From Rotaria socialis (taxonomy: Eukaryota), in contig CAJNYD010000596.1 in assembly GCA_905331295.1 (NCBI GenBank), forward strand, positions 191,345 through 255,344: DNA of 64,000 nt. Direction: 5' to 3'. The position numbers were made by a program, and so were the translations under genes. Below the pieces are notes generated by a model, which saw only the letters and a list, made by a program, of their open reading frames with translations, made no database searches and had not been told where the DNA came from. Positions 26,148 through 39,349 of the stretch are shown piece by piece. Each line of letters begins with the position of its first letter. Within the stretch, counting starts at the first letter, position 1.

Positions 26148-27166
26148 TATTATCATGATTGAGTTTTGTTTTAAGCTTTCTTGTATATTTATTTTGTATT
26201 GATACAAACAGGTATAAGAATAAATATTTTATATTCCAATCTTGTTTTTAATTTTAATTCAAGAAAATGGTCCAAGGCTTTTTTTATTAGGAAGTGCTAC
26301 AGTTTTCGTTTGAAATGAAAAGAGAAAAGCTTATATGCTCTTCATTTTATATTCTCATAGTGCTGCCCAGACCCTTCATCTCAAGATTATAAATGCAAGG
26401 AATTAATAAAGTAACAATGCCGAGCCAATGAAAACCTATGGCAGTATTCAAGTGAAAATTTTAATGATGAATTCACGGATGACATATAAATTTGGTAAAA
26501 TCCAAATAAAACGATCGGATTCAAAATAATTTAGCAATAGATTGAGCAAAACTATTATTGACATGCTATGCATAGTTTGGGGGTTTCAAGGCCATTGAAC
26601 TGCAGTAAAAAAATGAGTATTCATAGTTTTGCCGGGTTAAGTTGATCTTGTTCTCATTTGGGGTACCTTTTGAGAATGATTCGATAGAAAAATCTCCAGC
26701 CATTCCAGTTAGATAGTTGTTAATGAGCTTAACAAAATTTTTTAATTAACTCAAACTTGCCAACTTTCTTCCAGAAGAGATCCGAATAATAGAGGTTACC
26801 AGTACCGCCTGTAAATTTTCTGCTCTCAAACTTTTAATAATTCTCCAGGTTTTATTTTGTCGCTTTTGTATTTGAAGAAAAACATCAAAATACTCGTGAT
26901 TATAAATTCCAGCAAATAAAAGCACCTAGGAGCATTTAATACTTAGATTAATTATGACTGATGAATCGGGATAATTCTCAATATAGTTTTCTGAAGGAAA
27001 AAACAAGCGTCTTGTTCTCGGTTTCGACTCTAATGTTACTATTTAATTTATTTAAAGGAAAGACAATACCAATTTGTTTTTATCAAAGGATTAATTAATT
27101 TTTACAAAGGAATTTTTATACATTTTTCTCTTATAAGATAAAAAACGGAATTATATTGATCTCAAA

Positions 27167-28310
27167 ATGTCATCAGAATTGACACTTGAACTAAGTTCAA
27201 AATCTTTTGACGGTTATCAATATGTTTATAGTCACGACAGGTATTAATTTAAAAAATGAATTTACTAATAATTCAGTCTTAGTAGATGTTTAGTTTCACA
27301 GTTGATTGTACAATGAAATTTGGTGTTTATGTCCCAACAATAGCTGATAACGAATGTGTGCCCCTATTAATATTTCTGTCTGGTTCGTTAGATTTACTAA
27401 TTTAATGAAAGAAAAAAGTGCGTTTGTGTTCTTAGGTTTAACTTCTAATGAACAAGATTTTATCACTAAAACTGGCGTTCAACGTTTAGCATCGAAATAC
27501 GGTTTTATTGTAGCCAATCCAGATACTAGTCCTCGTAAGAGCAAAGCAAACTCAGTTGATCGTTTTAGTTTAAAAAAAAAATTTGCCATAGGTGGCTGTA
27601 ATATCGAAGGCGATCATGACCAACGGGATTTCGGTGAAGGTGCTGGATATTATATTGATGCAACTGAAGATAAATGGTCAAATAATTATCAAATGTTTTC
27701 CTATGTGAATGATGAATTTTATGAATTAATTATAAGAAATTTTAATGTTGATATTAATCGTATTGGAATATTCGGGTAAAGAGACAAGTTTACTAATAAA
27801 AGATCGAACTGATGATTCTTTTTTCTGTCTTTTATTAAGGCATAGCATGGGTGGTCATGGTGCATTAATTAGTTTTTTTAAATGCCCCGGTCAATACAAA
27901 TCTGTGTCAGCGTTTGCACCGATCTGTAGTACATTGAAATGTGAATGGAGTAGAAATGCATTTACGAAATTTTTAGGACAAGGTTTGATCTATTTGTTTT
28001 CGTGAAATTCAAAACAACGACTTCATTCTTTTCAGATGAAACCCTTTGGAAAGAATATGATGCTTGTGAACTTGTTTCTTTATATCATGGTCCAATGCCG
28101 TATGCGCCAGTTTTAATTGATCAAGGTTCAAATGATCAATACAAAGATGATTATTTGTTTCCAGATAAACTTCTTGAAGCTTGTTGCAATGCTTCTTTTC
28201 CAATACAACTACGTCAACAAATCGGTTATGAGCATGGCTATTGTTTTGTTATGACTTTTTTAGAAGATCATTTTAAATACCATAAAAATGAATTTGAGCA
28301 TTTGAAATAA
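27167..28310 (+). CDS. ESD: S-formylglutathione hydrolase / esterase D, multi-exon
   Basis: [64 protein letters not shown], nucleophile [20 protein letters not shown] and GYEHGY motifs, spread across short introns. Confidence 0.95.
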
Positions 28311-30013
28311 GAAAAATAAAGCATAATACAAGGACGACCTCTACTCTACTATTAAACTGCTTTTGGTTCTTGAACAGAACATTATTTTTTCAACTCAAAC
28401 TTTATCATAGATAAGATTCATCGCGTTTCAAAATTGTGAGAAACGTATAAAACCGATGAAAATAAGATTTCAGAACTTGATGTTAATAGGTAATTTTGAC
28501 AACAAAAAATTGAAAGCAATATAACGCCGCCATCGAAATACGAGTAACATAATTATCATGCAAGGAAAATAGTTCCTTCGTATATATGTGCCTAACTTAT
28601 TAGAAACAAGTAGCATCATTAAATTTTGATTATACTATTCGATAGAGCGAACATAATGCGTATGTCTAATGTGTCTAAAAAATAAAGTCGTCAATATATA
28701 AGCGGGAAAATATAGTTACGAAAAACCCTGAGAAACATTGTGCACAATATGTGCCCGATTAATCTATTCGAATTCTCCACGAATATTTCCTGAGTGGACA
28801 TGAATACCTATGATGTTCAAGTTAAAATTGAAATATGTATCCTCTTTTTTTTCGTCATAGAAATGTGCTGCTTTCGCAAGTTTTGCAGATTTTTGCTGTT
28901 GTAAGCTTCATGACAAGGACGACTGAAAAGCAAAATTATATTGCGCAGTATTTAATGAAGGCATTTACTTCAAGCATAACGTATTGAAAACACATAGGAA
29001 AATATTGAAGAAGTATAGCACGTTTTTTAACTAATTTAAATCAAAAATAGTAATAATAATTCATGCCGCTTTTTAAAAGAAATTGAATTGATGAAGCGAA
29101 AACAGAATGTTTATTTCATGATTAGTTCTTATTTATTATAACTCATTAATTTTTCGAGTGTTGAAATTTTGGGAACTCTCTGAATTTTAATAGGATAACG
29201 AGTTTTGCACTGAACTGAAAAGTCACTAGTTCGATAGTTTCAGTGAATGCGAAAGTACCGATATATCTATTACAAGCATTCACGAAAGAAAAAAATGATT
29301 CCTTCATTACAAATCGTATGGAATGCTTAGTGATAATTGTACAGTCAGTTTTCGTTTGTCTTAGATTAGGCTTTATTTATAGAAAATTTTCATCTCTTTC
29401 AAAAATGATTTGTCATAACAAACTTCTGTATTATATATATATCACTAGTTCAAATATTTACTCTACGGATTGTAAACTTTTGATGATGTAAACATAAACA
29501 CATGTTCTAATTTTCTATTCGAAGCCAAATAACATTCGTGTTGAAATACATTAATATTATTAAGGAGACATTTTGTTTATGTTTATACTAATTAATATGA
29601 TGCATAGAACTGATTCCGAATGCTCTCATGATAAAATATTGTTCGCCATTAATAATTTATTTCTTGAGTTTCATAAACATAAGTATGCTCTCGTCAGATA
29701 ATTCACCAACTCCCATCTTAATAATATGACATCAAGAAAAACATGAAATAGAGTCTATACTAGAAAACCTTGAAATTCATTATCTGAAACGATGAAGACA
29801 AAATAGCTGTTCCATTATCTAATGGTTACGGGGTGTGGGTGTGAGGTGTCAGTGTCTGGCAGCAGAAGAATTAAACTCACGCCGTTTTTTATTGGTTTCT
29901 ATTCATTAAAAAGAATTCCAAATTCGTCTGGACGAATTCCGAATAGGGCTGAATTCTAACTTCGACCATAACACATATATATATATATATATATGTCGGA
30001 ACTCGAATAGTAT

Positions 30014-31636
30014 CTACCATAATGGAACTTTTTCATCCACGCCCTCAAGATCATCTAATACAATTGATGTTGCACGACACAATGGTATGATTTCATAAGA
30101 TTTATCAATAATTGTGTTCATAACCGGTAATGAAAATCCAACAAGATCCGATCCCTCCTATTGTAGTATAGTCGAAAAGATTTTATTTACATTTGATAAC
30201 AAATAGGCAGCTTTTTCACGGCCATTCATTGAACAACTACGTAACAATGAATGTATACGAACCCATCCTGGACCACAGAATAATACATTGAAATACGACA
30301 GAAGATTTAATAGAATATTGAGGCCAGTTAGTGATGTTTCCGTCCAATGTTCATCACGAGAAGCAAGTGTTAATACTGGTTGATCACGTGTACCATTTTC
30401 TTCGAAGATAAGCATTGTGTCTGATATTGGAAGAATGCCATTAACAAAAATTTCCTTCACTCGATCATTAATGTCCGTTGTTCGTGAAAGAAAATCATCG
30501 ACTTTAATTAATTCACGACAGCTACTGTCATAGTCTGTTGTCGTTTTACCTAAATGCAGAAATCAATCATAATTTCTTGTTTTTGAAATATTCAGGAAAC
30601 AACACAACATTTAAGAAGAAGAACAATTTTTTTCGTGAATGACGCAACAGTGTTGTGCTATGTATCACTTACGTATATCGCTCATACGCCATCGATATAG
30701 GCGGTCGTAACCATGATATGCTTTAGAGTAGTTTTTATAATAAATATGAATGAAAAACACAAATGTATATCATACCTCCGTTTATTTTAAGTTCATTTAA
30801 ATATGTCTCCATGCTTAATTCCAGTATCCGTCGTTTAATGTAAACCAACGGTAGATAAAATTCGAAATCATGATGAAGATAACGAAGTGCAGAAAACACT
30901 TGACCACGAATCTAGAAGAAAGACAAACGATAGAAAGAAAAAGAAACAAATCATTAAGCATCTAATTCAAGCTTCTTCAACAGGACCGGCGATGCCTTTC
31001 CACATTATCATAACAATTGTTAACATCAGTGTTTCGCAGAGCTTTTCAAGAAGACCACCATCTTCTGGATTCCTAGACGATAAAACAGAATACGATGCAT
31101 CTTCCGTACTCGTCATACCTGTAAAATAGAACTGCGTAGAGTAACTGATCATAAGTAAATGATGAAATGTGAACTATATATAGTTTCTTCCCCAGATTGA
31201 AGGTTTTCTAGAGAAAAATAAGAGAATCTTAAGAGCAGCAAAACAAGTCGAGTTTTCGATTATGTCATGGTGATAAAGCAGACTAATCAGCGAACCTAAG
31301 ATCTGTCTGACTTCGGGACCGAATCGACCAACCTGCTCATTGTTTTCTTCATCGCTATAAAGATGCTTTATGCTTGTAGTAGTTGTTGTTCTTGGTACTG
31401 ACCGTAGAGCATCGTTGCTACTAGTCATAGAAGTTAAATCATCCGTTGAATTTTCTATTTTAACTAACAAAATCAGAACTTCTCGACTCGACGATGATTG
31501 CAATCGTGTTGTTCTTGCTTCCGTTACATTTGAGTCTTCGCTGTTTTGTTAAAGAAATTCTGGTGTTAGATCTTTAGTATCGAGTAAAATACCAGTCAAT
31601 ATTAATGACAGTCTTCGCGATGAAAATGCCTCACCT
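30014..31636 (-). pseudogene. Neurobeachin-like (NBEAL1/2) internal fragment, intron-containing and truncated
   Basis: Exons translate EKLCETLMLTIVMIMWKGIAGPVEEA*..RGQVFSALRYL...IKRRILEL...GLNILL...VRIHSLL....REKAAYLLS...LPVMNTIIDKSYE, colinear with the NBEAL region preceding the PH-BEACH domains. There is an in-frame TGA at a conserved Trp and the adjacent splice donor is missing. No start and no BEACH domain in the window. Confidence 0.7.
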
Positions 31637-32004
31637 AGATATTTGTTTTATTCATATGTATATATATATATATATATTCAAAAGTTTTATACTTGAAAGA
31701 AAACAAAATCAGTCGAAAAGAATAAGTACAGAAAGCAAGAATAAGACGTTTTCGTTTTTTCGTTTCCGCATATAATCGAACAATATAGAAAAGTATTCGG
31801 AAAAAACGAGAGAAAAAAAGTAACGCAGAAGTAATGTTTGATTTTCTTGCATTAAATTATCTTCGTGAAGTAAAAAAAATCGAACATTATCAAAAGTATA
31901 GAGAGACAATGACTAAAAGAAAACGATAGGGATATTTATTATATATTGTTGAAAATAACGGAATGTCAATGGAAGAAATAGATTTGTAGATAATTGTATG
32001 TTAA

Positions 32005-35000
32005 TCAAGTAGCACTCGTAGACAACACAGGTGGTTTACTCAAATGTGATATTGGATCATAACGAAGTACCATATCATGTGCTTCAGGATGCAAGCGAAG
32101 ATATTCATTTTTCGCATTTCGATATGCTTCTAACATTTCTTCATAATGTATTTTTTCACTTTGATTTGATAATGTACATCTGTTAAAAAATGAAAAAAAT
32201 AACAACATTTGAAAAACTATATTTTCGTTTTACTCTAAATCATACCGTTCATTATTTGTAAAATGATCATATCCATTTATTGTCTCTCGACAAACATAAC
32301 AAATAAATAGACCACAAGAGGAACAGGTCATTTTATTACATCCTTCAACTTTGTAAAAACGCTTAAAAGAAAAGAAGATAAAAGCATTCGATTATGACCA
32401 GAGAAAAAAATATTGAATCTATACTTGTGTACAGCGAGGACATTTACGTATCATTGCTTCCGTTACATGTTCTTCAATGAATTTACGCATTTCAAGTTCA
32501 ACACCTTTTTCAACTTCATTACAACGTAATGGAATATGGTTAGGTTCTTTACACAATCTAAATTGGCAAAAACAAAGCAAATAACAATACAGAATGATTA
32601 TTAAAAGACAAATTTACCTGCAAGTTTCTTTCATACATTCGGGATTTAAACAACGAAAAACTTTATCATCTGGATTATCAACAATAACAGCATATGGACA
32701 ATAAGAACAACATTCAAGACCATCAATTTCAGCTACAAAAAAAAACTCATATACAACATGTGGATTCCGCTTTATATTACTACTATGAATAAGTGCTTTT
32801 AGTAAGATTGATGAAAGTTTAAAATGATTCAGGATTTGGGACTATGGATGAAGTGTAATAGTGGTGCACATTAGCTTCTTAAAGTTAATTATTTGGGAAA
32901 GTCAAAGTGAACATCCGTTTTTGAAATTTTTATTGAACTAAATACTTTCTGATAGGCGATGACTCATCAAAAATGTTACCATTGTCTTTAACGGAATAGG
33001 CGAACATTTTTATTTTGCTTTCGTAAACTATGATTTTCTTACTAATATTCTCTCCTTGAACTACTAAATATGATGGTCTATTCTTTTTTTTTACCTTGTC
33101 GAATATTTTCTTCTTGTATTCGTCTATTCAAACGATTTAAGTCTTTTGGTGGTAAAAGTTCACTAACAAGTCGCATTGTATATTCACCCGGACACAAATT
33201 TTCAACACAAACAAAACGACATTTGCCTTCTTTGAAGCACAAATCAATATGTGTTCGAACACAATTACTAAATAGATCAATAAATTTAACAAAAAATGAA
33301 TTTCTAAATATCGAATCCAACCTACCGACAATAAAGATGTCCTACACTACATTCAACCATATCATCAATTAATAAATCTTCACGGCAGCATATATTGCAG
33401 TCAAGTGTTTCATTGTCTTTTTTTGCTCGTTTTACACGTTTTTCATGATCTTTAGAGACTTTACCAAGAAAACCTGAAAATTTGAATTAGTGTAAAATAA
33501 CATTCTTAAAAAAAAAGAAAAATCTTACGTCGAATTCTAATTTCATTTTTAGCAAAACGGAGTTCATCATAAAATTCTTCGCATGGTGTATGTGGAATTG
33601 CATAAATAAATTTATTATTTTTAATTAACCATGATGTAGACGGCACTCGGCCAACACCACCAATTGCAGCATCTAATAAAAGAAATGTATAATGTAGTGA
33701 GAATACATTCTATCCTTGCTAAAATATCGAATAGTTTCTTAATTTCTCATGATTATAAACCTGATATTTATAAATGATGAATAACGATTTCGAAAGATTA
33801 AATTTAACCAATTCTCTTCTCATTTGAAAAGAATTATCTATTAAGTTATACTTTAATATTTATGTCGAATATGTAATGATCTTAAGACGATTATTTTCTT
33901 TTTCATCGATACGAAATACAAAACAATTTCTGCCAAGGCTTTGTATTAGTCAATGGTAAAAATTTCTCTTTACATACCAAGCATATCTAATGATTTTCTA
34001 ATTGCTGTTCGTTGCAAGAATGCATTTGTACGAATATTGAATTGTCTTTCTAATTTTCTTACAGTTGATAGAAAATGATGATTTTCTTCTTGTAAAGTTT
34101 GTTCTAGAATACTTTTATCTATTGCCGGAAAAGCACGTACAATAAATGCTTTAGCATGATTTATATACGATTCCGATTGTTTTCGTTGTGTATCAAAGAA
34201 AAAAGTCACTGGATCGGAATAAGTCGATAAAAATTTCGGTACATCATCCATTGTCTCTGACCATGAACGTTTTAATGATATATTTCGCTCGTGATCAAAT
34301 GATTTTTTCGCTTTTTTTGTATAACCATTATCAAGAAAACTTGTTACTATTTCATTAATTGAAGGTATTGGATTCATTGCTGTTATTGTACGACGTGCTG
34401 CATCAATATCAATATCAGGTATAACCGCCTCAATATGTTCAAGGATTTCTTCCAGGTCAGTTTCAGGCACAAGAATAAGTTCAGCTTCTATCTGTGGCTG
34501 TTGTTGAGTAGTAGTCGGTTCAGACACTTGTAGTGGAGGTATTGGATTTTGGTACGGAGGTACAGGAGGTGTCAAATATGAATATGGATGTGGTTGAACA
34601 GGAATAAAACCTCTAAAATAAAAGAATAAGATAATTTAAAAAAATCAAATTCACCTGATACCAAGAAAAAAACAACGTTCTACCCAAGTAAGCAAAAAAT
34701 GAAGGGAGACTGCCGACATGACTAGTCAGAAATGTCCGCAGCTTCCGTCAAATCTAGTCTGAAGCGTCTTGTATACCAGTCTTGTCTAGTCAGCTAAATG
34801 AGAAGTGTCTTACAAACACGTCTGTACTAGTCTGAAATGTCCTTGAGCCCAGTCATGCCTAGTCTGTGTTGTCTGTTGACCCAGTCCAGACTAGTCAGGA
34901 TATTAAAAAAAGAGGTTACACAGTGGATTTGAACATCCAGTCCAACAGTGTTCGAGATATGACGGACATCCTGACGGTAGACTAGGACACTGAGATAGAC

Positions 35001-37498
35001 TGCCGTAAGTATATATAGTCTAAACTTATATATTGACTCCCATCCTTGCATAGAAAATCAGAAACAAACCGACGTAAACGGTATTGACTAGTCTGAAATG
35101 TCTTCAACAGCTATTAGGGCTAGTCTAAAGCATCTGCTGGGCACCTCATGGCTAGTCTTTTTTAAGAAGTGTTTATTTCACTCAATGTTTATCGAACTTT
35201 TTTCTAGCTAGAAGGACAATTAGAGAGTCTGCTGTAATCAATAGTGCATTCGAAAAGATTTAATATATTGCGTGCATCCCTGTCTTGATATATTTTATTT
35301 TATTTTGCATTAGCTTATGCTAAAAGTTTAAGAGTGTATCAAAACATAAAATAGTAGGAGCTAGTACTAACAACAAAATTCATCTCGCATCTAGGAGTGT
35401 TAATTTATATATATATTTTTTGAATTGTGATAGGTAATAATTTAAAAAAAAATTGAGAAGCACCTAAATCGTTTCATATCAAAATATAATGTTAGTTTAT
35501 GTTAAATATCAATTGTAATAATTCTAAATTAAGCTAAGATAATTTCTTTATTAGATGAATGTACGGAGATTTGAGTATGAGATTAAATTAAAATAGTATG
35601 AAAAAATCTAGTTTCTTTTCGGAATAAATAAAATATTATTTTTATACTCAAATTAATGTTTTTAAAGTTCAACTAATTAATCGCACTTACTTATAAATCA
35701 AAATATATTTGTCGAAAAAATTATAAAATCTTCTTAATTTATTTTTATTTAATGTTATCTAAAGTAATTTCGTTTCGGTAAAAGATAATTTTTATTGATA
35801 CATAAAATTAAAAATTTGGAGTAAAAATTGTATTAAATAGCATCTTAGAATGATCATGAGTGTTTAGAATATGACTTCTCGATCATATGGCTCAATGGTT
35901 TTGGCGATGGGTAAATGTCACATTGTATACATGTTCGAATCTAATCTTCATCCTTACATATTTCCATTCAGACTAGTCCAGACTCGTCCACTATATAAGG
36001 CTACAGCTGGCTGTATACTCGTCCCAGACGCCCTTAATTTTTCATTCATAAACCATTTTCGGACGAGCAACAGGGACACTCGCCACGACTACTCTTGTTA
36101 GATTTTATGACTAGTCGTCAATCAGAGTACTAAGACGCGTATCCATGATGGTCAAGACCTCGGACTAGTCCCAGACGAGGACTTTTTGAGACAAAGACTA
36201 GTCGAGACGGGGCGACACGACTAGAAAAGAGACTAGTAATTTAACCAGTCTTTTGCTCACTTGGGATAGACGTAACGCTTTTTTAAATTAGTTCTCTTAT
36301 CCTAAGAACATGAGTCTTCCAAAAATTTGATCAGATTATGAAAATAAACTTCACGGATTTTTATGTCCTAGAACGATGAATTTAATTTTTCTATTATTTC
36401 GAAATGTTTCATAAGGATCTCTACGATTAAGAAGAGCTTTTAAGATTTTCCATTCGCTTATAAGAAGATTTGTTTTTTCTCGTTGCTCGATTCATATTCA
36501 GATACGTTGTTAATAAAGAATATGATTTAATTTTTTATTTTCAAAAATCTATACATATCGAATAAAACACTTGGTAAAGTGATTGTATAGCTTGGAGGAC
36601 CCTTTACGAAATGCATTATTTCATTTTCAAAAGTACTTTTTGAACTTAGAATTTCGTTATTTTGAGTATCTAGATTCACTTAACATCCATTAGATATTCG
36701 AAATGTTGTTTATACAAAGTTCTGTTAAATGTACATTCTTATTTCGATTAATCATGTATGTCATTATAATGAAAGATTTTAGTTATAAATTCTTATAGGA
36801 TTTTTTAAAATTTCCAAATAATTAAGTTTTCTCTCGCTCGTTGTTTATGTCATAGCCGATTATATTGTATAATATTATTTGTGACTCATTTTCCATTAGT
36901 AATATTAGATTTCATATTTTTTCTTTAATATTATTAGTGAACAAAGGCTTTCTTGAGGGAGAAAACCATATGTGAAATTTTCTTTTATCTTTTAACATCG
37001 GTTTAGTTTAGAAAGAAATAATTATCTTGATTATTATTCATTCCATTGAAATTAAACGAACCTAACTGGTGTTGATAAGTTTACTATTGTATTTGTAGTT
37101 AAATCTATAATATCATTTGTCGTATCTGATGGAGTAAAACTCTGTTGTGGAGAATCAAAATTAATAAACGGAAGTGTGGTATTGGTTGGAAATGTTGTCA
37201 TAGGCCATGATTGATTATTAATTGAAGTTGTCCATGGATATGTAGATGTTGTCTGTTGATTATAAGGAGATGGATAGACTGGGGTATTAGGTGTTGTCCA
37301 AGAATTCATTGTTGTTGGCATCCATAATCGATCAAATATAGTTGATGCTGTGCCCAATTGAATATTTCTCCAATCAGATAAGTCTTTACTTTGTTGATTA
37401 ACAACTGTAGACAGGTTAGCTGTTGTTGTTGTTGTTTGTGTATTTGTCAATGCATGATCTATTTCATCCAAACCATCGTTTAAATCCAAATAGTTCAT
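32005..37498 (-). CDS. RNF216: RBR E3 ubiquitin ligase, RNF216/TRIAD3-like, multi-exon
   Basis: RING1 ([10 protein letters not shown]...[16 protein letters not shown]...CVE..C), IBR ([51 protein letters not shown]) and RING2 ([44 protein letters not shown]). The N-terminal exon assignment is less certain. Confidence 0.85.
34683..36265. mobile_element. Non-autonomous TIR element (CCC...GGG ends, gactagtc motifs) in an RNF216 intron
   Basis: cccaagtaagcaaaa / ttttgctcacttggg termini. Many ctagtc/gactag motifs near both ends and a very AT-rich core. Confidence 0.7.
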
Positions 37499-38252
37499 TA
37501 TAAATAAAGATGGTCTAAAGATTAAATAAAAGAAAAAACAAGCAATCAATATTAGTTATCTTGTTCTTTATAAAAGAAAAAAATAAACGACGCGTGGGAG
37601 GAGTTGACCGAATGTGTATGTGCATATATCGGCTAGTAAACGTACGTAACAAATGAACAAATCATACAGTAAGAAAAAACACAAAAAAAAAGATTTTTTT
37701 ATAAATACGCCTACATAGTAACAACAGCAATTTTCTATCTCACAACAACAACAACGTCGTAGCTTGCAAAAAAAGAAAAAGGCAAAATAAGTGTGTATGT
37801 TAGGAGAACGAACACAGCGTACGACGCCGCGGCGTGAATAACGGAAGAGGAAAATGAGAGAGAGAGAAATGTGCGAGAGCTTGGGGGACCGACCGATCGG
37901 CTATCTCTTATTTCTTCTCGTCGATAACGAACATTAATAAATGTTCGAGTGTCTAACCTATTGAACGTCTTTTTTCATGTACTATTACTTTTTTTTGTTT
38001 TATATAATTTCATAGACTAGATATTATTCGTTTTCTGCGCAGAATTGTTCGAAAGAATATTTCCTATGAAATTTCTTTCGATTTAAAAAATGATTGTTAT
38101 TTCAGCGATAACAAACAGGAATATTCATTATTTTATTTACGTAAAAAAAAACAAGATTCATGTATGTGTCAATTTATTTACCGAACAGTTTTAAACAGCA
38201 GCATATATTTTCATAGATAGTTGCGACAATCAATTGATGATATAATGTGCTT

Positions 38253-39173
38253 TGTGGGCACGAGTTAAGGGAAAATGTGGACGCCATCATGGAGGCACAT
38301 GCAATTCATTAATGTGAAAAATCTAATTGGTTGTTTTGTATTGCTAATAGAAATTATTTCTTTCAATGGTGATTCATAACGCAACTCAATAAATATTTCT
38401 GTACATGAAATCTACATGAAATAGGATTACTATCTTTGAATTTGCTATACAAAACCAAACGTAAGTATTCTTATTCTTTTATCTTCAAACTTACGACGAA
38501 GCTGAAATATTTCTGGTTGATTTAGATATTGATTGTTTGCGACGACAAGTCACATTCCTGGTCATTTTATTGGTATGATAACGTGTCATGATCATAAGCA
38601 AGATACTGTTGTAGATGATTTGTTCGAAACATCTGAAGGTGTTCATATTGTTTCAAGGGCATTTTATAATCAATCCAAATAGATCATATGCAATAGTTTA
38701 TTTTTTCTATCCTATTTTTGTTAATGACTAATGATTTCTTTTTACCATTTTTCTGTAATTGATTATTGTTTTACTTTTTCTATTTGTTTGATTTAGAGGA
38801 AATTATCTTGTGATAATAAAAAGAAATTTAAAAAATCATTTCAATGCTTGTACTTATTGCAATCAGTTTCAAAACATAACTAGACTAAAATAGACGACTT
38901 CCACGATTATTTTATGCTTTGACGAGTAACATATATTAATTTGAGTAGCCCGTGTTAGCTTCAACTTCTGATTGTAGTAATGTTTTACATAAAAGAACTA
39001 AAAAACTATCGTTTTCAATCAAATTCTTTTCAAATTCGACAAGTCTCCTATGAATCATTCTTCGATTAGATAATTTCTATTAGCAATACAAAATAACCAA
39101 TTAGATTTTTCACATTAATGAATTGCATGTGCCTCCATGATGGCGGCCACATTTTCCCTTACTCGTGCTCACA
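38253..39173. mobile_element. MITE with ~105-bp terminal inverted repeats and apparent 6-bp TSD
   Basis: tgtgggcacgagttaagggaaaatgtggacgccatcatggaggcacatgcaattcattaatgtgaaaaatctaattgg... is mirrored at ~39070-39173. gtgctt flanks both sides (38247-38252, 39174-39179). Confidence 0.85.
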
Positions 39174-39349
39174 GTGCTTTCGATTATTGAGGATAAAAAA
39201 AGCCACATTGAAAATAAATATTGATGATATTCTTGTATATATTGAAGAATAATTTTCTCTAAATAATTTTATTGGATCAAATGTCAGCTGATGATAAATA
39301 GTATTTTTATTATTATTACAGAATATTTCGTTTGTTGATTTTTACATGC

